DNA from: Octopus vulgaris
Lineage: Eukaryota
NCBI GenBank assembly: GCA_951406725.2
Contig: OX597819.1
Coordinates: forward strand, 52,266,001-52,330,000
Length of the DNA: 64,000 nucleotides
Reading direction: 5' to 3'
Under the pieces are notes generated by a model. That model ran no database searches. It was given only the letters and a program-made list of their open reading frames with translations, and was not told where the DNA came from. Made by a program: the position numbers and the translations under genes. Position 1 is the stretch's first letter, and every line of letters begins with the position of its first letter. Positions 57,464 through 64,000 of this stretch are shown one piece after another.

Positions 57464-59455
57464 CAGTTTCTAGGATCAGATTATCCAATGCAACTTTTTT
57501 TCCTTTTATTTTTCCTAAGATAGTGGGATGTAATTAACCCTTTCAATACCAACGTACCTAAGACCACCCAATTCTGTAATACAAACTCCTTGTTTTAAAG
57601 TGATCTTAATCAAAATCTATCAAAATTCCATGTTAATTTATGTTCCAAACCTGAGCTTCAAAATGACTGAGTTATTTTATTAAATTCTTTGTCATCTTTA
57701 AGATTAACTGAAATAAAGACAGCATATTTTTTTTAAATGTTGAAGGCTTAGCTGCTATTTCTACTTTAAATCTTCTCTTTGAGATGGACAAAATGGTTAG
57801 CTGTAGTTCAAGCCCAGGTTGTCCCTGCATTCCAGCCATACCCATCATGTCTTTTAAGATTTATCTAAAACTACTTAATGTAACAATCCTTTCCCACTTG
57901 TAAGATTATGGGGTGAGGGTGGTTTGACTTTTTACTATATCCAGAAAAAAAAAAATTAAGCAACCGTGTGTAAAAGTGGTGTTTCATTTTATTGACCTTA
58001 GATGGATGAAAGGCATGGCTGACCTTGGGGTGGATTTGAACTCAAAATATAAAGAGCTCAAATGATTATTGCAAGGCAATTTTCCTGGAGTGCTAATGAT
58101 TCTGCCAGTACTAGGAATGGGGATGTTAGATTTGAGAAGACAGGAAAATGATGTTGTGGTATTCATGACATTCCCAACTGTATTAACAACTAATTTAAAT
58201 CATATCAAATGGAGACTGAAGTACAAAAAAAAAGTACATGGATGTTAACTGCAAGTACTCCAAACACAGAAGGGAGTTTAGTTACTTGACACAAAGAAAT
58301 GCCTAACCTTTATCATTAACAGTTCATCTAATTACTCACTTCGTCTAATTGCCAACATCACACAGCAAAGGAAGACATAGAAGAGAGGAGTGGCACAAGC
58401 TCTTTTGCTTTGAAATGCATTATTCATATTGCATGTATATGTATTTATGTTCTAATTATAATCATATCTATGTGTGAGTGTGTGTGTATATATATGCACA
58501 TACACACACACACACACACATGCATATATATGACTCGATGAAAGAAGTGGCAACAGAAACTAGAGTACAAGACCACTGCACAGGCCTAAAAAACAACTGC
58601 ATTCTAAGTTTGTATTAAATACTATCTTCTGTGGATCAGTACCCAACAATGAAGTGTGTATATGTGTCTGTGTGTATGTGTTTGTGTATATATATATGTG
58701 TGTGTGTGTATAAAATGCACACACACACACACACATATATGTATTATTCTTTTGGTAGTTTGAGTCATAGGGTTGCTGCCAAACAAGGACAATATCAGAA
58801 GTTTTAGTTATTCCTATTAACCTCAGAATTCATTTCAGCCTGCTACTTATTTTATGGATCACTTCTTGTTGAACTGCTAAGTTGTGGGGCACAGACCAGC
58901 ATGTATACACACGCACACACACATACATACAATCAAATATGTTTGTATGGTTGTTCAAATGTGTTTTTATATAGATGCTACTTCACTATAACTGTTACAA
59001 GTCGCAATGTGTGCAGGTTATGGTACTTTAAGGCATCCAGCTACCAAGATCTCACCTGACCTGATATTGTTAAGGCAGCAGATCAATGATGACCTCCTAC
59101 TCGACCTCATCTGACTTGATCTCACAAAAGGGTGATCAATGAATACCAAAATTAGGTATGCCTGGACACTCATTCTATTAGGATGTGATCATTAATAGAT
59201 TATTTAACAGTGTACATTATTATTATTATTATTATTATTATTATCATTATTATGCTATTATTCAACATCTCTAGGTTTTGTTTATACAATGATCGTTAAT
59301 AAATTCTATGACAAATCTTTTTTCTATCCTCCACCAACATATAGATTCTGGATAGACCACATGCTATAGTCATGCCAATGTCTTGATAGGCAGCAAGCTA
59401 TAGAAGTATCATTTTATATGTGCTCACATCAATATCTTATATCTATTTATCAAAG

Positions 59456-59491
<36 letters not shown>

Positions 59492-60135
59492 AGATTGATA
59501 AATGTGTGTTTTAATGACAAGACACTGTCTATGTCCTACTTTATCAGTTCAAGTTGAAGTCAAATCATTACACAAGGAAAAATTCGAGAAGCCTGTTTAC
59601 AATACATTTTTGATGGCTATAATCATTGTCATCATCATCATCATTATCATCAGTGTTGTTTCTTTGGGGAGGGGGCAGGCAAGGGGAACTAGGTTCTCTA
59701 CAGTGGCAGTGAGTTCTGGGACAAAATAAAAAAAAAGAGTCTGTGCTAGAAGAACACCTCCAATCACCAGTTCAAACTGTTTCATTCATAGTAAATATTA
59801 GCCATCACAAAAAGGCATGAATGCTACTACATCCTCCCTATGAACAAGAGACTATATGCAAATGTAAGAAATCAGTATACATTTTTTTTTCATTGTTGCA
59901 AGCTCTCTTGTGTCTGCATCAACGGGAAGCTTTTCTACCGCTAATCATTCAAATGTGAAGACAGAAGACTGGAATTTTTATTCTTTTTAGTTCAGTCAGG
60001 CATATTAAAGGCCTTGTTCAATGGCCCAACTCAATGATGCAGTAAGATTTGAACACATGACAATTACATTCAGTAGTACAACAGCTGGAAATCACAGTCG
60101 TTGGGCCTCACATAATCCTTTCAGACACCTTCTTT

Positions 60136-60375
60136 TTAACTCTTTAGTATCTAAACCATCCATATCTAGCCCAAATATTATATAATGAATTCTACTTGTG
60201 TTATGTTGTAACTGGCCAGATCCAGCTTTTCACACCTACTCTACAATGTCATTCTAAAAATATGCCATCACATCACTGAAATCTTGAAGTCAAAAGATAA
60301 TGGATGACAAATTGAAAACAAAGTGAATAAATAAGCATCACATTTAATAAAATAATCTGAATGCAAAAGGATTAA
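60136..60375. mobile_element. piggyBac-like MITE
   Basis: TTAA|CTCTTTAGTAT ... ATGCAAAAGGA|TTAA imperfect TIRs with TTAA flanks; a related start TTAACCCTTT at 57534. Confidence 0.55.
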
Positions 60376-61953
60376 ATTTCAAACTTCTGAGCCTGCCTCA
60401 TCTTAACTACATCTGGAAGGTATTGTCTCTGCTATGACAGCCAACTACCAAGGGTACACCATGTGTTTGAAGAAATATCATTATAATAATTATGATTATT
60501 ATTTTTATTATTATTACTATCAAAAATTACTTTCTTATAAGATTCCTTCATTTTTTGAATGGGTAAAATATGTAAAATGCATATTGGTCTATTGGGGCTG
60601 CATGTGTGTGTGTCTGTGTGTTGCTGCTGGAGTTGCCTACAATAGAAACAAACATTTTGTGGTCACCACTGCAACCACCCACATCACCACTATCACAACT
60701 ACTAAAAAAACCACCACAACCATTAGTCATTTCTGAGAATACAGAATGGCACAGGCAAGAGTAAACCCAAAAATATCTTTAAGGAGCAAAACCCTAAACT
60801 ATTCTACAATGCATACAAGACTTGTACACACACACACGACTCATTAAACAACACAACAAAATATACGCAAACAAAAATAGAACTGAAGCAAATCTACTCT
60901 AAAGAGCTCCATAAAATATTGAACACTTCACACATGTATGTATATATATGTATGTGTGTGTATGCGTGTGATATACGTTTGTGCATGTGTGTGTGTCTGT
61001 GTGTGCAATACATATAATTTATTTGGGTAATGTGTACATATCTCCTCTCTTCTGTATGTCAGATCTGAAATTCATTACCATTTCTTTATAATTAATTGCT
61101 GAGCAATTAAAAAATTCTTCGTTTTTCACAAATTAAGATGTACTTTGTGGAGCCTATGTATGTCTTGTTTGGTTGTTACATTTGTATGCATTAGATGTAT
61201 AGCTAAGTGTGCATGCAAGAGTTGTAGTATACGTATGTATGTGAGAGCGAAGGTGTGTGTGTGTGTAGGGTATAGAGAGCAATATGATTACCGATTGGTA
61301 GGGGCGGATTACCAAATTCTTGAAAGCATCAAAGTTTTAATTACAAAACAATCATCTAAATAAAAGAAAAATTATACAGTAAATGAAATTAAAATCAAAC
61401 TAGATAACATGAAGTACAAACATAGAGAGAGGATGTGAGTGAGGGACAGACAGAGATAGGGAAGATAGAAAAAGAGCAGGGTAAGCAATGCAGGTACATG
61501 GGAGAGAAAGGGAAGGGGGTTTAAAATGAAAGACAGACAGACAAAAAATATAATAGGAAAAATTCTGCTTGTTCAGGGAAGAACTCTTCAGAAATGTGTC
61601 AATCCAAGAAAATACTAAAATTTCCAACTGTGAAAACACACCATATTCCAATGTCAAAGACATCAGTTACTACAAGTAACACACCAGTCTGTGTGTATGT
61701 GTGTGAGTGTGTGTGTGTATGTGTGTGTGATTTATACACTAGTCAGTACTTCAAAGACTTCTGTGTGTATCTGTATTTGTGTGTGTGTATATATGAGCCT
61801 AAGTGTTTTCTGTGTATGGGGTACCATCTTTTTGCTGTATGTATGGCACATGTGTGTGTGTGTGTGAGAGAGAGTGCTAAACTTAACACTGTATGCGTTT
61901 ATGTGTGCTTATGGACCAGTCATTTGAATGTTTGTATGCGATAAGCAAGCACA

Positions 61954-62003
<50 letters not shown>

Positions 62004-63836
62004 ATGCATGCATGCATGTAAATAGAGAAAATCAGTTCCTGCACGTGTTTATAGCACAGAAATGAGATGCAACAGGACAGTGACAGACAAGCTATTACAG
62101 CCTAACCTCTGTCACCCTCTGTGTTTGCACCAATGCAAACACACCTGTGTCCACGCATGTGTGCATGCATGGCGTGTGCTATTCTTTGAGAAAGGTTGGT
62201 GCTTAGACGAGAGGGCATAGATGCTCTGAGTAATGCTGAACAGAACTAAGAGTCCTCAAAGTGCTGCTAAGATGTGCCGTGCTGATAGAGTAGCTATGCA
62301 GATATATTTCATCACTACTGTTATGGCATACACGCAGCTATCTTTCGTATACACGGGTATGCATACTAGCATGTATGCTAGTATGCACATTAGCGTGATG
62401 TTATGTATGTGTATTTGTACGTATGTAAACATGTATGTATATATGAATGCAAGCATGTATATATGTATCAACATATGAATGTATGCGTGTATGTATGTGG
62501 GTATTGAGGTGAAATGGATAGAATTATCTAAAAGAAAATAAAAGAAAAAACTAAAATTTCCAATAAAAGATGACTTTAGGGGATTAACCTTTGTTTTGTG
62601 TTTTACTATGTATGTTGTCTTTTTTTTTGTGGTGGTGGTGGGTATAATTTCAATGTTTTTTTTTTAAATTTTTGTTTTCTTTTTCATTAACCTTTGTCTC
62701 TTTAATAGTTAACTTTTCTTTCATTTTTGGGTTTTTTTTTTTTATTCCATTTATTTTCAATTTCAATAGAGAGGGAGGGAAAGAGGGAGACAGAGACATG
62801 ACAGCAAGAACAGCAATGATGGATATGGACTGTTGCTGCTTTGTTTTTATTTTTTGGTTTTTGCTTCCTCTTTTACGGTGCTGCCACCACTCTGCTCCGT
62901 AGCAAAAAGTTCTTCCGTAAAACTTTCCAGTGCCGTTCAGGTAGTGGTAAGGGTGAGGGAAATAGGGTAGGGGAAAGGCAAAACACAAAAAAAATCTGAA
63001 ATAATTTCATGAATCTGTTTCCTATTGTCGGCCCTGAAACAGAGGAGTGGGGGATGTCATTCAAGGGAACAGGGATCTGGTCATATCCAGGGAGGACCAA
63101 AGTTTTCACTGGCCACTAGTAGAATTGGCTTGCCCACACTTTTTGTTATTATTTTTATGTTATTTTTTTGTATTAATGCAGATTCATTAAGAAATTTTTC
63201 TTCATTTTTTTTAAAAAGATTTTTTACGACCAACAGTTTCTTTCTGTGTTCTATCAGGATTTTCTTTCCTTTACCGTTTATTTATATATTATACCTTAAT
63301 TTTAATTAATTTTTTTTTCCTTTTTAGGCAGGAAGGGAGTTTGGTGCAAGCATTACTGTTTGATTGAAGGACGAAACAGAACAGGATAAAGATTACAAGG
63401 TAATTGTTGGAATATGACAAAGACAGTTTGCATTATTCGGTCTCCTTCAAAACAACATTGCTTGGCATGAAATTACATGTTCAGTTTCTTCTCCTGCTTT
63501 TCTTTGTTTCAATTACTGCTGCTACAGCAGTTGTTGTTGACGTTGTTGTTATTGTCGATAGTATTTTTTTTATCTTCTTAAATCTAAGTTCTGAAGGCCA
63601 ATCTACTGCTGGTGGTATAAGTGATTAACTGCTCCTGCAATGCTGTCGATGTCGCTGTTGGTTTCTGTTGCCTTTGTTGTTGTCGTCAGCATCCCTGTTC
63701 TCTTCCGTTTTTATTAAGTAAGTGGCAGACAGTAAGTACTGATGCAATGGTATCAATAGAGATAGCAAGCAAAACACACTCAAAATGCCAGCCGCAGGTA
63801 GATATAACTGAAGAATCTGGCACCAATAGTTCATTG

Positions 63837-63941
63837 TTAAAGTTCCACCATTCTGTAAGTTTGGGCAGAAACCTCAACCTTTACTTTTCCATATTCCTTT
63901 CCATTTGCTGACAAAGTCAGTAATTTTTTCAAAGGAAATAT
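63837..63941 (-). CDS. Terminal coding exon of an unidentified gene entering from the right edge
   Basis: Acceptor ctcttctttgtatttgcag| then IFPLKKLLTLSANGKEYGKVKVEVSAQTYRMVEL* (phase 0); the alternative phase-1 reading is ISFEKITDFVSKWKGIWKSKG*. Followed by several kb of SINE-poor UTR-like sequence. Protein not recognised. Confidence 0.6.
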   Translation of the reverse strand: MFPLKKLLTLSANGKEYGKVKVEVSAQTYRMVEL

Positions 63942-64000
63942 CTGCAAATACAAAGAAGAGAAAGAGAAAATGACAATAATTGTATCTGAAGAGAAATCAA

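Noticed and set aside
59070-59121. ATGATGA...CTGA with flanking AGATCA/TGATCT stem (C/D snoRNA-like)
   Set aside because: Boxes are only about 18 nt apart, too short for a C/D snoRNA, and no rRNA guide was recognised.

Overview
AT-rich, microsatellite-saturated eukaryotic DNA. The SINE families and an intron-containing tRNA-Lys(UUU) point to a cephalopod, most likely Octopus (inference). Almost all ORFs in the supplied track are translations of microsatellites or SINEs. Supportable content: dozens of tRNA-derived SINE copies (at least 4 families plus an RTE-tailed one); decayed LINEs (L1/Tx1, CR1, R4/Dong); Tc1/mariner, hAT and piggyBac-type DNA elements; a solo LTR; a 5S rRNA pseudogene; and a probable tRNA-Lys(UUU) pseudogene with a 19-nt intron. 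A terminal coding exon of a minus-strand gene enters from the right edge. Best leads: (1) a candidate spliced 21-aa micropeptide gene, MASCVECIKERQPREGTCSWC (CxxC-x10-CxxC), on the minus strand at 26964-26949 + 23308-23259; (2) several unrelated hammerhead-ribozyme-like repeats, four of them in fold-back palindromes that turn inside the ribozyme; (3) a set of retroelements associated with (AAT)n tracts; (4) a CpG-decay boundary near 43.6-44.2 kb that coincides with a poly(A) signal about 20 kb downstream of the right-edge stop codon. All calls were made by eye without searches; repeat boundaries are approximate.
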